A DNA stretch of 64,000 nt from Eledone cirrhosa (GCA_964016885.1 OZ024740.1:153326001-153390000); one strand, 5' to 3'; numbered from the stretch's first letter, positions 43,080 through 58,500 are shown. Notes: generated by a model from the sequence alone, not told the origin. Program-made: numbers and translations.

Positions 43080-43725
43080 TGGTGGCTGCCAACTCGTTTT
43101 CGAGTACGGCCACTACTTTATATCCATGTAGGAGAACTCCTACCGATGCGCCGAACGAATGTGACTTTAGTCCAGCCAGCGACTTGAAAACTCTGGTACA
43201 AATGCTACACCTGTGACAATTATTGACACATAGTGCTAGGCCCATGGTACCATGTGACGACAAGTGCAGAGAGATCCCCAGATATAAAGCAATGCCTGTG
43301 CCGTGAAGCTTTTATAGTGAGCAAAGGCACTGTACAAAGCCAGTCCCACTCTCTTAACCAAGATGATATTTACCAAAAAGAAGAACAAGTCAACATCATT
43401 GGATACCATCAGAGTTGCAGGTGTTATGTCAGAGTTTTCTTTCTCCTAGAATTCTGCCTTGACAAAGGCTAAGGGGTCATCTCTCCCACTGATTTTGGAT
43501 GTCCATTGACTCTTAAGAGCTCCTTTGCCCTTTCACAGGTTTTGTTTTTAGTCCTGCAGGATGTCCAAAGTCACCTTCCTCACCAAGAAACCTTGGTGGG
43601 GGTTGCCAGTTTAGTCGCCAACGACCAGACCATGAGACAGGTTGTACTGGGATACATGTTACCAGTAGCACCAACTGGTGACCTGACATACATATATATA
43701 TATATACATACATACATACATACAT

Positions 43726-43760
<35 letters not shown>

Positions 43761-43835
43761 CATACATACATACACACATATATATATATATATACATACA
43801 CACACATATATATATATACATACATACATATATAT

Positions 43836-43868
<33 letters not shown>

Positions 43869-44096
43869 CATACATACATATATATATATATACATACATA
43901 TATATATATACATACATATATATATATACATACATATATATATACATACATATATATATACATATATATATATATACATATATATATACATACATATATA
44001 TATATATACATATATATATATATTCATACATATATATATATATACATACATACATACATATATATACATACATACATACATATATATATATACATG

Positions 44097-44127
<31 letters not shown>

Positions 44128-44211
44128 ATACATATTTATATATATATACATACATACAGACATACATACACATACATATATATATATACATACATATATA
44201 TATATACATAC

Positions 44212-44262
<51 letters not shown>

Positions 44263-44267
44263 TATAC

Positions 44268-44300
<33 letters not shown>

Positions 44301-44862
44301 CATACATACATACATATATATATGGTGGCTGCCAACTCGTTTTCGAGTACGGCCACTACTTTATATCCATGTAGGAGAACGCCTACCGGTGCGTTGGCGA
44401 GTGTGACTTTTTAGTCCAGCCAGCGACTTGAAAACTCTGGTACAAACACTACAGTTGTGACAATTATTGACACCGTGCTGGGCCCATGGTACCATGTGAC
44501 GACAAGTGCAGAGAGATCTCCAGATATAAAGCAATGCCTGTGCCGTGAAGCTTTTATAGTGAGGAAAGGCACTGCACAAAGCCAGTCCCACTCTCTTAAC
44601 CAAGATGATATTTATCAAAAAGAACAAGTCAACATCATTGGATACCATCAGGGCTGCAGGTGTTATATCAGAGTTTACTTTCTCCTAGAATTCTGCCCTG
44701 ACAAAGGCTAAGGGGTCATCTCTCCCGGTGATTTTGGATGGCCATTGACTCTTAAGAGCTCCTTTGCCCTTTTGACAGGTTTTGTTTTTAGTCCTGCAGG
44801 ACGTCCAAAGTCACCCTCCTCACCAAGAAACATTGGTGGGGTTGCCAGTTTAGTCGCCAACG
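43080..44862 (-). mobile_element. Two copies of an RTE-related non-autonomous repeat (43080-43685, 44322-44862; partial at 41141-41380) separated by TA/CA microsatellite
   Basis: Minus-strand C2H2 remnant [17 protein letters not shown]; no RT. Confidence 0.5.
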
Positions 44863-44936
44863 ACATACATACATACATACATACATACACACATACACAC
44901 ATACATACAATGATACATACAGACGTGTATACAGTA

Positions 44937-45398
44937 CTCGGAACGTAAATGGCCATAACTCTATGCTTCAAAGCATGGTGTCTGACGCCCTACCGATACT
45001 GCCAATTATAAAGTAATTGTTTCTACTTTTGGCACAAGGCCAGCAATTATCCAGTGTATTACTGGTACTTTATTTTATCGACCCCGTAAGGATGAAAGGC
45101 AAAGTTAACCTCGGCGGGATGTGAACTCAGAATGGCAAGGGTCGTAACTCTATGCGTCAAAGCATGGCGGCCGACCCTCTACCGTTACTGCCAATCCACC
45201 GCCTTATAAAATAATTGTTTCTACTTTTGGCACAAGGCCAGCAATTACCCAGTTCATTACTGGTACTTTATTTTATCGACCCCGTAAGGATGAAAGGCAA
45301 AGTAAACCTCGGCGGGAATTGAACTCAGATCGTAAAGGGACGTAACTATGCTGGAAAGCATATCTTACCCTCTACCGATACTGCCAATTCACCGCCCT
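44937..45398 (-). mobile_element. Tandem SINE cluster (one partial plus two full copies)
   Basis: Matches the 3792-3980 SINE. Confidence 0.75.
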
Positions 45399-45768
45399 TC
45401 AAGGTAAAATAATGAAACCAGAACACATACACACACATACATACATGCATACACGCATACAAACATACATGCACATGCATACATACATAGATACATAGAT
45501 ACACACACACATACACACACACACTTACAGACATACATACACAAATACATACAGACATGTATACAGTACTTATCTGGTATTTAATCATTAAAAAGTTGAC
45601 TCCGGCGATATTGCAACATAGCTATTTCCCCCATGCTATCTATTCCAGTGTCCTACAGATTCTACCACCTTTATTAAAGATATACTTCCTATTACTAATT
45701 ATACGTTGTCTTTGTTTCCAAAAATAACTATTTGTTTCCCAAAATACTATTTCTTCCAAATCTTTCAG

Positions 45769-45798
45769 ATGCACCCGTTATTGATGAAGCTCCAAAGA
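45769..45798 (+). CDS. Candidate micro-exon A6 (30 nt, shortened in frame): xAPVIDEAPK
   Basis: tttcttccaaatctttcAG | 30 nt | GTAAGT; aligns to the last 30 nt of type A exons. Confidence 0.75.
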
Positions 45799-45805
45799 GT
45801 AAGTT

Positions 45806-45891
<86 letters not shown>

Positions 45892-46272
45892 ATATAAAAT
45901 TTCAAGTTATCAATAATGTAGTGATAATATATCGTCACGTTAGAGATAAACAGCGTACGTGTAGGTTTGCTCAACGAGTATAAATTATATTCCGGAGAAA
46001 ATGTAGAAAAGATGAATATAAAATGAAAGTGCTTTTATAAAGGAATTTATTAAGTATTGACATATGTTTCTGTAACAGACGGAATACCTATGTATCGCTG
46101 CTTGCGTAATCATATAATGTTAGCAAGTATTCGATAGCAAATGTATAATCAGTTGTCACTTCTTCAGAGATATTGGATAAATTGGAAAAAATCAGAAAAA
46201 TTGAAGTATTTATATTAGTTGTAAGAAATGAAGAAGAGAGGGGATAGTATATGACAGATGGCAATTCAAAAA

Positions 46273-46659
46273 CTAATGTAATGGTACGCGATGGGGCCCA
46301 CCCACAGCCCCGGCGGACAGAATGGAGAAGGCGTTTCCCCGGAGGACGGCAAGGGAGACGCGCTGGAAAAGCCACTCCAACTTGCGGGGCTCACACCTAC
46401 GGCTGGCCAGCTCAGCGCCTATGGTGATGAGTAAGGAGGTAGCCCTGGGGTCGAGGACACCAGAAGTCTCCACTGCCAGGGGAACGACCGCAAACCTGTC
46501 GGAGAGCGACCGGTATTTGAGGAGTTTGGTCCCCTCAACCCGACGTGCAGCAGAACCTGGGTCAGTCGCAGACTGCACCAGGTTGCGGCTGCAGAAAGTG
46601 TCGGTGCAAGTGGCATCCCAGACGAGGGGTTTGCCACCGCGGAACGGGAAGATGGTCAT
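46273..46659 (-). mobile_element. CRE-like non-LTR retrotransposon 3' fragment (RLE domain)
   Basis: GKPLVWDATCTDT..K..KY..VPLAVETSG..FQRVSLAVLRGNA; GC-rich island in AT-rich flanks. Confidence 0.75.
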
Positions 46660-46868
46660 AAAATATGACGTCTTGATTTGTTTACAAAATCTACGAAGGT
46701 TTGAACGAAAATCTAAGGCTATCGGAAAAGGTCAAAGGCTTAATATATGCTGAGAAACTGAATTAATACATTGTAGAATATATTAAAATATGTGTAAAAA
46801 AAATATGTGTAAAAATTAACCGTTATTCGTGGAATATGTTATAGGACATTAGCTATATACTTTGTGAA

Positions 46869-46914
<46 letters not shown>

Positions 46915-47413
46915 TTAAAATAACAGATTAAAATTTAAGCAAAGAATCGCTGCTTAACGGTGAAAGTAGTGATTCTTTGCTTAAACTTTAATCTGTTATT
47001 TTAATAAATATTATAGCATCTACTTATTCTGACAAGAATCGAAATATCTGATCGTCTGCAAGTGGTGGAAATTTGTTAACGGTCCGCGCCTTCGATAAAA
47101 AGGGAAATAACTCGTCTCTCATCTCTATTTATACATTTGAACTGAAAAATCAATACATTACAAATTCGATTTTTGCATTTGTCGTGGGTCGATTTGAAAA
47201 TTCTTTTGACCGATGTCTCCGCCGGACCTTCATCTATAAGTGTAGCAATTTCACCGAAATTTGAGCGAACGGTTTAAGAGGAGATGTGTGCCGACCGTTT
47301 TAGTTAGAGAGACAGACAAACCTCAGTTTTATATATATAGATATAATTCCTATTACTAATTATAAGCTGTCTTTGTTTCCCAAAATAACTCATAGTATTT
47401 CTTCCATATCTAG

Positions 47414-47455
47414 CTGTTATCAGGGCTGCACTCTTTACTACTGAAGGTCCAGAGT
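47414..47455 (+). CDS. Candidate micro-exon A7 (42 nt): xVIRAALFTTEGPE
   Basis: tttcttccatatctAG | 42 nt | GTAAGT. Confidence 0.8.
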
Positions 47456-47464
47456 GTAAGTCTC

Positions 47465-47511
<47 letters not shown>

Positions 47512-47543
47512 TCTCTTTCTCTTCTCTCTCTCTTCTCTCTCTC

Positions 47544-47641
<98 letters not shown>

Positions 47642-47822
47642 CGTATCATATTTGAAAAGGGGGTTTACATCTGAAATATAGTGTGTATAACATTACTTTG
47701 TTCTGTCGTTTATTTGTCCTGTTTTGCCTTTTACATATTTCTACTGAGTTGTAGCGGTTTTACTAAATCTTATCTGTCATTTGTTACACACACACACACA
47801 CACGCACACGCACACGCACACA

Positions 47823-47854
<32 letters not shown>

Positions 47855-47858
<4 letters not shown>

Positions 47859-48478
47859 GCAATAAAGTCCTTAGAATAACCCTTTAAATGAAAATGCACA
47901 ATATATTGGAACTAACATTTATTTTTTCTGCATTTATTTTTTCTGCATTTATTTTTTCTTCTAATGAAGCGTAAACAAATTTTCTTTGTTTCTTCCAGTA
48001 ACATATCCAATGCAACGAAATGATTCTTTTTGTTCTGCATCAATGATACTTTGAATGAGTTGAACGTTCGTATGAATAGTGGTTGTGCAAGGATGGCCAG
48101 AACGAGGAGCATCAATAAGTGATGATCTACTGCCATCTTTGAATTGTTTCACCCAATGATAGATGGTTGAATTTGATGGAACGTTGTTAATTCCACTCTC
48201 CTTCAATTGTGCAATAATATTTGTTGCTGATTTGCCTCGTTTCCATTTAATGAAAACGCATGCTCTAAAATGTTCTTGGCTTAATTCGATGCATGTATTA
48301 TAAACTCACAAGAATGACAACAAAATAATTATGCATAGGGTTGTGACAAAATACAGCCATTCATACAGAATATCACACGTGTACAACAAAGTTCAAATTC
48401 CATCTAATATTAACTACATTTACTGCTATATACGAAACACAGTCTGCTATTCTAAATACCTTATTGCCACGCCAAGTA
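47855..48478 (-). mobile_element. Mariner-like remnant with an additional deletion
   Basis: Near-identical to 13096-13818 minus ~100 bp. Confidence 0.8.
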
Positions 48479-48655
48479 CATCTTGTTGTTGAGTTCCTTC
48501 TGCTTCTTACGGAGAGCAGTAAGTAAGTTTCGTCGTTTCAGTAACAATTTCGAATAATGGAGCTGAAGTTGCTGTACTCCTGCTATACTTCCTATTACTA
48601 ATTATACGCTGTCTTTGTTTTCAAAAATAACTCATAGTATTTCTTCCAAATCTAG

Positions 48656-48697
48656 CTGTTGCCAGTACTCCACCCACTATTGCTGGATTTCCAAAGG
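48656..48697 (+). CDS. Candidate micro-exon A8 (42 nt, identical to A4)
   Basis: tttcttccaaatctAG | 42 nt | GTGAGT. Confidence 0.8.
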
Positions 48698-48704
48698 GTG
48701 AGTT

Positions 48705-48952
<248 letters not shown>

Positions 48953-49482
48953 GAAGAAAAGTTAATAAAAATCGTTAATTCAACCCCTAAAGAATTAACA
49001 ACAGACTAAATCAACATACTCTCCAAAGGTCTGAAATTTACATCAACTCCCCAACGACCAAACTACCCCGAAATGAATATATATTCTTTATAATTACCTC
49101 CAAATTGTTTTACTAAGCCTATATGGCCAGTCAGTTTAGAAAGGAGACTGAATAATATCTCTATGTTCAAGAACGATTGAAATATGAGTGGAGTGCCATA
49201 CAAACCCAATCCAGTTGAGACGCAGAAAGACGAAACCAATCCACCCACTTTCCAAAATGTTCCTCTTCTCGTGATTTCTAAGCTTTTGTCAACGTATAAT
49301 AATTTTAAGTATATGTACACAGACACATATTTTGAAGCATGGCTTGTATTTATTTTTCCTCGGAAGAATGAAACCTAAACTGGAATGTAACAAAATAACA
49401 CACACTATACAGTATTCTCGCAATATTACAGCTGCCATTAAAGGAATACTTCTTAATAAATATCATGTCTTCGTTTTCGCAG

Positions 49483-49542
49483 GTATAAAATTAATCCCAA
49501 TTGCTGAGAAAAGTGCAACTTTTAAAATTACAAGAGGAAATC
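49483..49542 (+). CDS. Candidate micro-exon B4 (60 nt): xIKLIPIAEKSATFKITRGN
   Basis: tcttcgttttcgcAG | 60 nt | GTGAGT. Confidence 0.8.
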
Positions 49543-49557
49543 GTGAGTTATTGTATA

Positions 49558-49640
<83 letters not shown>

Positions 49641-49658
49641 CTCTCTCTCTCATCCCTT

Positions 49659-49697
<39 letters not shown>

Positions 49698-49698
<1 letters not shown>

Positions 49699-50413
49699 CG
49701 TGGCATAAAGGCCTAGAATAACCCTTTAAATGAAAATGCACAATATATTGAAACCAAAATTTATTTTTTCTGCAAAACATAATCCCCATGAATGCAATAA
49801 CATCTTTACAGAGCTTATGCAAAGCATTTAACTCTTTCTGGAACTCTTCCTCCGGCAATTGTCGGAATCAGTGCAACGATTCATCTATTACCTCTTCTAA
49901 TGAACCGAAAACAAATTTTCTTTGTTTCTTCCAGTAACATGTCCAATGCAACGAAATGATTCTTTTTGTTCTGCATCAATGATACTTTGATTGAGTTGAA
50001 CGTTCGTATGAATAGTGGTTGTGCAAGGATGGCCAGAACGAGGGGCATCAATAAGTGATGATCTACTGCCATCTTTGAATTGTTTCACCCAATGATAGAT
50101 GGTTGAATTTGATGGAACGTTGTTAATTCCACTCTCCTTCAATTGTGCGATAATATTTGTTGCTGATTTGCCTCGTTTCCATTTAATGAAAACGCATGCT
50201 CTAAAATATTCTTGGCTTAATTCGATGCATGTATTATAAACTCACAAGAATGACAACAAAATAATTATGCATAGGGTTGTGACAAAATACAGCATTCATA
50301 CAGAATATCACACGTGTACAACAAAGTTCAAATTCCAACTAATATTAACTACATTTACTGCTATATACGAAACACAGTCTGCTATTCTAAATACCTTATT
50401 GCCACGCCAAGTA
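49698..50413 (-). mobile_element. Internally deleted mariner-like transposon
   Basis: Near-identical to 11558-12273. Confidence 0.8.
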
Positions 50414-50935
50414 CATCTTGTTGAGTTCCTTCTGCTTCTTACGGAGAGCATTAAGTAAGTTTCGTCGTTTCAGTAACAATTTCGAATAATTGTTTCTACT
50501 TTAGGCACAAGGCCAGCAATTACCCAGTGCATTACTGGTACTTTATTTTATCGACCCCGTAAGGATGAAAGGCAAAATAATGGAGCTGAAGTTGCTGTAC
50601 TCCTGCTCCATCCCTTCTCCCTTCTCAATTTATATATTTATCTAGGATATAATATAGCAATAAGAAAACACCGAAGACAAGTTATCTTATATCTTTTGTT
50701 CACATACACACATACATACAAAGATACATACAGACATGTATACAGTACTTATCTGGTAAGTATCTAATCATTAAAAAGGTGACTCCGGCGATATTGGAAC
50801 ATAGCTATTTCCCCCATGCTATCTATTCCAGTGTCCTACAGATTCTACCACCTTTATTAAAGATATACTTCCTATTACTAATTATACGTTGTCTTTGTTT
50901 CCAAAAATAACTCATAGTATTTCTTTCAAATCTAG

Positions 50936-50977
50936 CTGTTATCAGGGCTGCACCCACTATTAATAGAGTTCCAGAGG
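50936..50977 (+). CDS. Candidate micro-exon A9 (42 nt, identical to A5)
   Basis: tttctttcaaatctAG | 42 nt | GTAAGT. Confidence 0.8.
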
Positions 50978-50984
50978 GTAAGTT

Positions 50985-51066
<82 letters not shown>

Positions 51067-51090
51067 GACACACAGACACACAGACACACA

Positions 51091-51303
<213 letters not shown>

Positions 51304-51311
51304 GTATATAA

Positions 51312-51342
<31 letters not shown>

Positions 51343-54130
51343 TTAGGAAGAAAATTTTATAAAAATCGTTAATTCAACCCCTAAAGAATTAACAACAGAC
51401 CAAATCAACATACTCTCCAAAGGTCTGAAATTTACATCAACTCCCCAACGACCAAACTACCACGAAATGAACGAAGATATTGCAGAATTCTGTAGAAAAT
51501 TAAGACTCAGTGAGCAACTACACGACAAATTCAATGAGGATGACTCAATAGCCAGAAATAGAAGCAACTACACCCCACCAAAAAGGCAACAACAAATTCC
51601 TCGATCAATTCTGCGAACACATTACTAATTACCCATACCACCACCTACACAGACATAAACAAAAACCAAATCTAACCAAAAAAGGAATGGAATGTCTTAA
51701 CAGTCTAAAGAACGACAAAACCCTAACAACCAAAGAGGCGGATAAAGGGAGTGCAGTAGTCCTTATGAAGACATATTACTACACTACCCTAGTACTCTCA
51801 ACTCTAGAAAACGAAACATATTACGAAAAGGCCCAACACTACACACAACAGAAAATAATGAGAAACCTAAAATCCCTAACAACCCTTTAACAAAGAAGGC
51901 CTTACCGACAAGGAATACAACTACATCACCAATTTCAAAAGTAGAACCAACCTTTTCTACGGTATCCCAAAGATACACAAAAGTAATAGGCAGTGCCTGC
52001 AAGGAAGCCACAGACATTTACATCAATATCTCCCCTTCTGATGACCTCAAATTAAGACCCATAATAGCAGGTACCACATGTGAAACCCACCGCCTAAGCA
52101 ACTTCCTAGATATTCTGCTTAAACCTTTCCTAAAACTCATAAAAAGCTTCATAAGGGACAACCTGGACATGCTGAACCACCTCCCAACAAGACTCAATAA
52201 TGAACACACCGTACTAGAAACCTTTGATGTCATCAATTTATATTCCAATATCCCACACAACCTAGGTATAGAGGCAATACAATTCTGGCTTGAAAACTTC
52301 CCTAACGAACTTCCACAGCACATCCCTAAAGAATTTGTGACGGAGGGCCTCAAATTCCTCTTGGAAAATAACTTCTTCGAATTCGATGCCAAATACTACA
52401 GACAGAAATCTGGGACTGCCATCGGCACGAAAGTAGCCCCCTCATACGCCAACCTTGTCATGGGATATTTGGAAACTACTCTCTACCGAAAAGTTCTAGA
52501 CAAATACGGAAACCACTTCTACCTACACATAGAAAAAAATGGAAGAGACTACTTCATCCTCTGGCATGAAAGTATAGAAAAACTGATAGAGTTTAAAACA
52601 CTTCTAAATGCACTCAACACAAACATTCAATTTACAATGGAATACAGCCATGAACAACTCCCTTTCCTTGACATCCTCATCAAGAAAACAAACAACAAAA
52701 TAGAAACAGACATATACTAAAAACCCACAGACTCCAAACAATATCTTCCATTTAACTCGTGCCACCCTCGCCATACCAAAATGGCAATTCCATATAACCT
52801 AGCCAAAAGGATCTACTCAATAGTTTCAAATAAATACACATGCTACGCACGACTAGAAGAATTAAAGAACACACTCACCGGCAGAAACTACCCACCATCC
52901 CTAATTAACAATGGATTCCACCGTGCCCTAAAACTCAACATCCAGGAACTCAGACACCCCAAAACCAGTAATGAATCGAAACAGAAAACTTTACCATACT
53001 TTTCCACACACAACCCCTCAACAATGAGGCATTCGACAGCATGCTCCAGAACATTCCTTTTCTAAAAAGAGACCCAAGAATGAATAAAATCCTCTAAACA
53101 CACAACATCATAAAGAGCAAAAGACAACCTAAATCCATAAAAAACATCCTCACACAAGCCAAAATCCAACCATCCCTCATAATGAACCCCACAGTAAAAA
53201 AATGCGGAAGGCCCAACTGTAGTATATGCATAAATCTAATAGAAGGTTCAGCATTCCACTTTAAACAAGGACAACATTTCACAGTTAAATCAACTTTACA
53301 TGTGCATCTAAAAACCTAATCTATGTTTTGACCTGCTCAGGTTGTCGAGAGCACTACATAGGACAGACAAAAAACAGCCTCCGACAACGTATGACCGTCC
53401 ATAGATCACAAATCAAAATACAGGAATACAGAAAGATTGCTTTTAGTGAACATATCGTCAATTGTGCACCTAACCAACTACGAAACTTTAGAATTTCCCC
53501 CATTTACAAATTCATAGACAACGCTTCTTTCATCCATCGTACTAATAAGGAAACTTACTTCATTAACAAATTCCAACCTTTACTTAATGGACTAAACTTC
53601 GGACAAAACTAAAACTGGAACGAACAATGAACCATAGTCCAAAATCCCTACGTTCTCTAAAGAGTTACCTCCATCACACCCTACCTAATCCTTTTTCTTA
53701 TATAAATGAATTACCCCCTCTCTTTCCTTTCTCCTACCCGAGCACCATGAATTACCTCCCCCTGCTTATTAATTCTCTAAAAAGGGAAAACACATCCAAT
53801 CCGAAACGGAGATTTGCCTCCATCAAGAATCAACTTCTTTAATCGATCGTGCCATAATAAGATTTTTTGAAATGCTTATCCTCAAATAACAATGCTTGTA
53901 AATAATATTATTCTTTCTTTTCCATTACTTTATCATGTTCCACATCACCTTTTTTTTTTACTTCAAAAACCTTGTTTCTAAATAATATTATTCTTTCTTT
54001 CCCATTTCAATAACATGTTCAACATCACCTTAACCAATACAAATTCCTCTTTTTTCTCTCTCCCACTCACAATTTGATAATGCATAAAATGCTGAAACCG
54101 GTAATTGATAATCATTAAATAAATAAATTA
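51343..54130 (+). mobile_element. Penelope-like element, degenerate (copy 3)
   Basis: ORF fragments 51687-53612 match copies 1 and 2. Confidence 0.9.
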
Positions 54131-54296
54131 ATAAATAAATAAATCAAGGTTATTATTAATTAATAAATAAATTAACTAATACCTTAACCCTTCACACAAA
54201 GTAAAATATTTTGTTTTAAACATTTTCTAACCGAGAAAAAAAGAGAAAAGAATAATAAAAAAAAAAATATTTTTCTTCCTAATATTCGTTTTTTCT

Positions 54297-54380
<84 letters not shown>

Positions 54381-54413
54381 CAACTCGTGTGTTCCTTCTC
54401 CACACTTTATAAT

Positions 54414-54450
<37 letters not shown>

Positions 54451-54861
54451 GAAAAACGAGGGGAAGAAGAATACTGCATGGTTGCACATGGATTACATAT
54501 TATAAAATTAGTCCCTCATCAGTGATTTTGCCAACCATCATTGGTATTTCATCGCATTATATATATATATATATATAATTGGAGGCTTAGTAAAATCGAA
54601 TCCTTGGCGGTGTGCAAGCAAATTCGACCTACGATATGAATGAGTTAGCAAAGCACCACTCGACAAGGTACGTCCTCAGAGTAATAACATACGTTTAAAT
54701 AGGTTGATAAATTGAACATTGTGGTAGGCAAAATCTAACACACAATACCAAAGTAACGAAAGAACTAACCGGATATATATATATATATATTTATTTTTCC
54801 TGTTTTGCCCCTTATATATTTCCACGGAGTTGTACCGGTTTTTAAAATCTTATCTGTCTTT

Positions 54862-54965
<104 letters not shown>

Positions 54966-55153
54966 GGTATGGCAATAAAGTCCTTAGAATGACCATTTAA
55001 ATGAAAACACACAACCTGTGTTGTTTCACTATAATTCTTTTCATATCTGACTCAATTTTGTTCCAATTCAAGATTCTCAGGAAGATACAACTGTTAAACC
55101 TGAAGCTCCAGTCGGATTTATATATGTATATAAATATATATATATATATTTAT

Positions 55154-58100
55154 ATATTAATTCAAAATATTAACAAAAATAGACATTCGTTGGATCAAGT
55201 ATATTTTATTATACATATTTCAGAGGTACTTAGCTATCTTCAACAGTACGTCCTCATCAGATAAAATAAGATGATGCATGACATACCCTGACTAAGTAGA
55301 TGGTTAAAATTCAGTCATGGCAGTAAATAGGATATGACAGAGCTCAATATTTATATACCTTAAGATTGAGACATGAAAAAATTACATATAATACAGAGGG
55401 TGTGTGTGAGAAAGCTTATAAAGATACATAATAATAAACAACTACTAATATAATACAAACTTACATAACTGTTAGAGATTCAAATAATTTAAATTATTGA
55501 AGAAAGAAGAAGTGAAAGACAGAGAGAGAAACAGATGAGGAAAAAGAGAGTTACTAGAAGTATAGAAATATCTTATGCACGAAAGCAAAAGAAAATTGAT
55601 TAAGGATAGAGAGACGAGGATAAAATAATTTTTATAGTATAAAGCATAGGGAGGGAGAGTTGTATTGTCGTGGATAAATAGCGTATAATTAGATGATGCA
55701 AAAATATATATAGAAATAAATATATATTTGGACATAGCTTTGTGAATGAATAAATTCGAATCGTTAAATTATCTAGAAATAATCAATCAATCAAAATATC
55801 AAATATATCTGGGTGTAGTTATATGAGAGATTATTTTTTGAGTCCTTAAGTTAATTAGAAATAGACTATTAATCAATTATATATATCCGGATGACCGTTA
55901 AATATTTTGGTGCAACTTCATCGACATTTAAATTAAGATTTTCGAATCACAAATATTCTTTTTCGAATCCTAATAGGAAATCTTCGACCTCTTTATCACA
56001 ACTTATATGGTCATTAAAAGACAAAAATAAATTAAAAATACTCGATTTCTTGGTCAAAGCTGTGAAATAGTCAAATCTACTTGAATTCTTCAATATCACC
56101 TAACTGCAATCTTTGTACTATGGAGACCCTATTAATAATTAATAATTATGATAGTTTAATTAACAAAAAAGTGAATTATTCCTAAATTGCCTGCATAAAG
56201 CTTCTTCTACATTCCATGTCTAGCAAAAAGTTAGGAAAAAACATTGAATAAATAAGTTTTAATTTTTGACGTTTCTTAACAACTGAGTGCGTAAAACCTT
56301 CTAATAATTTTTATTCATTTACGATATGATTAATGTTGGATTAAGGGTTCTATGTAAATATATAAACATTTAGACTGTTAACATGATATTTTGATGAATA
56401 TGCATATCATTTGATTGTGTAAATACATTTAATTTTTTCGGGATTTATTGTATTTTAAAAAATATATAGCTTATATGTTTGACAGTTATAAGGAATCGTA
56501 AACCATTCATTTATTTATTTTGAATATGTTGTTTTAAGATTCAAGATGTTTGATTTATATATTTATGGTATATGTGTCGTACACGATCCTAGTCGACAAA
56601 CCTTTTCCACTTAACTTGATGTAAAACTTCAATTATAACGTTATTAACAGTAATTGTATTTATTATTTATTATATGTATATAAATCACTAATATCGTCTT
56701 AAGCTTTAAACAGTATACTTTGTATGTATTTAGACAAATGTGTATATCTAGTTTAATAACACCCTTTTAGGTACATTTATAAGTGCCTTGGATACTTAAG
56801 GACATTCTAGTGTTATAATTGTTAAATATTTTCTAAATTATATAATGATTATTTTTTAATTTAACTTTTTTTTAATATAATTAAATTTGGATTACCTTCG
56901 GGTTGATGAAAATCTTAAGTCCTTTCTTTCTCGTGTTTGCAGACACTTTAAATATGATATTATACTATAATATAGATCCTTAAAAATGTATTTTTAAATT
57001 GTATAGTTTTTAAATTATATAGCTTATATATTTGACACTTATAGGATCGCAAACCATTCATTTATTTATTTTGAATCTGTGTCTTATGTTTTATGATTCA
57101 TGAAGTTTGATTTGTATATTTATAGTATATATGTATTACATGATCCTAATATAATAATTGACGTAAAACCTTATTTTTAACACTATTAACAGTAATTTAT
57201 TTATTATATTATATTATTATATTATATCATATATAACTGACTATTATCGTCTTAAACTTTAAACAATCTACTCTTTGTATAAATTTAGATAAATGCGTAT
57301 ATCTAGTTTAATAATATCCCTTTTAAGTATAATTATAAGGCCTTTGGATACTTAAGGGCATTCTAATTTAAAATTTAAAATTTTTAAAGTTATAATTGTA
57401 ATTACTTTCTAAATTATATAATGATTATTTTTTAATATAAAATCTCTTTAATATAAAATTCTTTTAATATAATTTAATTTGGATTACCTTCGGGATGAAT
57501 AAAAAATTAAGTCTCTTCTTTCTCATGTTTGCAAATACTTTAAATATGATATTATACTATAATATAAATACTTATAAATTTTATAGCCTGAAATATTATG
57601 CCTTTAGATTAATTCACTATTTTGAACGAACATAAATGATTCGAAATTTAACGGTCATCCGGATACGTTGGGATATATATAATTGATTAATAGTCTATTT
57701 CTAATTAACTTAAGGACTCGAAAATAAACCCTCATATAACTACACCCAGATATATTTGATATTTTGATTGATTGATTATTTCTAGATAATCTAACGATTC
57801 GAATTTATTCATTCACAAAGCTATGTCCAAATATATATTTATTTATATATATATTTTTGCATCATCTAATTATACGCTATTTATCCACGACAATACAAAT
57901 CTCCCTCCCTATCTCTCTATCCTTAATCAATTTTCTTTTGCTTTCGTGCATAAGATATTTCTATACTTCTAGTAACTCTCTTTTTCCTCATCTGTTTCTC
58001 TCTCTGTCTTTCACTTCTTCTTTCTTCAATAATTTAAATTATTTGAATCTCTAACAGTTATGTAAGTTTGTATTATATTAGTAGTTGTTTATTATTATGT

Positions 58101-58372
58101 ATCTTTATAAGCTTTCTCACACGCACCCTCTGTATTATATGTAATTTTTTCATGTCTCAATCTTAAGGTATATAAATATTGAGTTCTGTCATATCTTATT
58201 CACTGCCATGACTGAATTTTAACCAACTACTTAGTCAGGGTATGTCATGCATCATCTTATTTTATCTGATGAAGACGTACTGTTGAAGATAGCTCAGTAC
58301 CTCTGAAATATGTATAATAACATATACTTGATCCAACGAATGTCTATTTTTGTTAATATTTTGAATTAATAT
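55154..58372. mobile_element. Duplicate of the long-inverted-repeat element
   Basis: Near-identical to 28563-31781. Confidence 0.75.
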
Positions 58373-58463
58373 TAATAACTCTGGAAAACCAATCTTGTGG
58401 AGTGCTTCTAATCTATTGTAAAACTTTATTCTTTGATTTATTCATTGACCCTTGTTTAACCTT

Positions 58464-58500
<37 letters not shown>

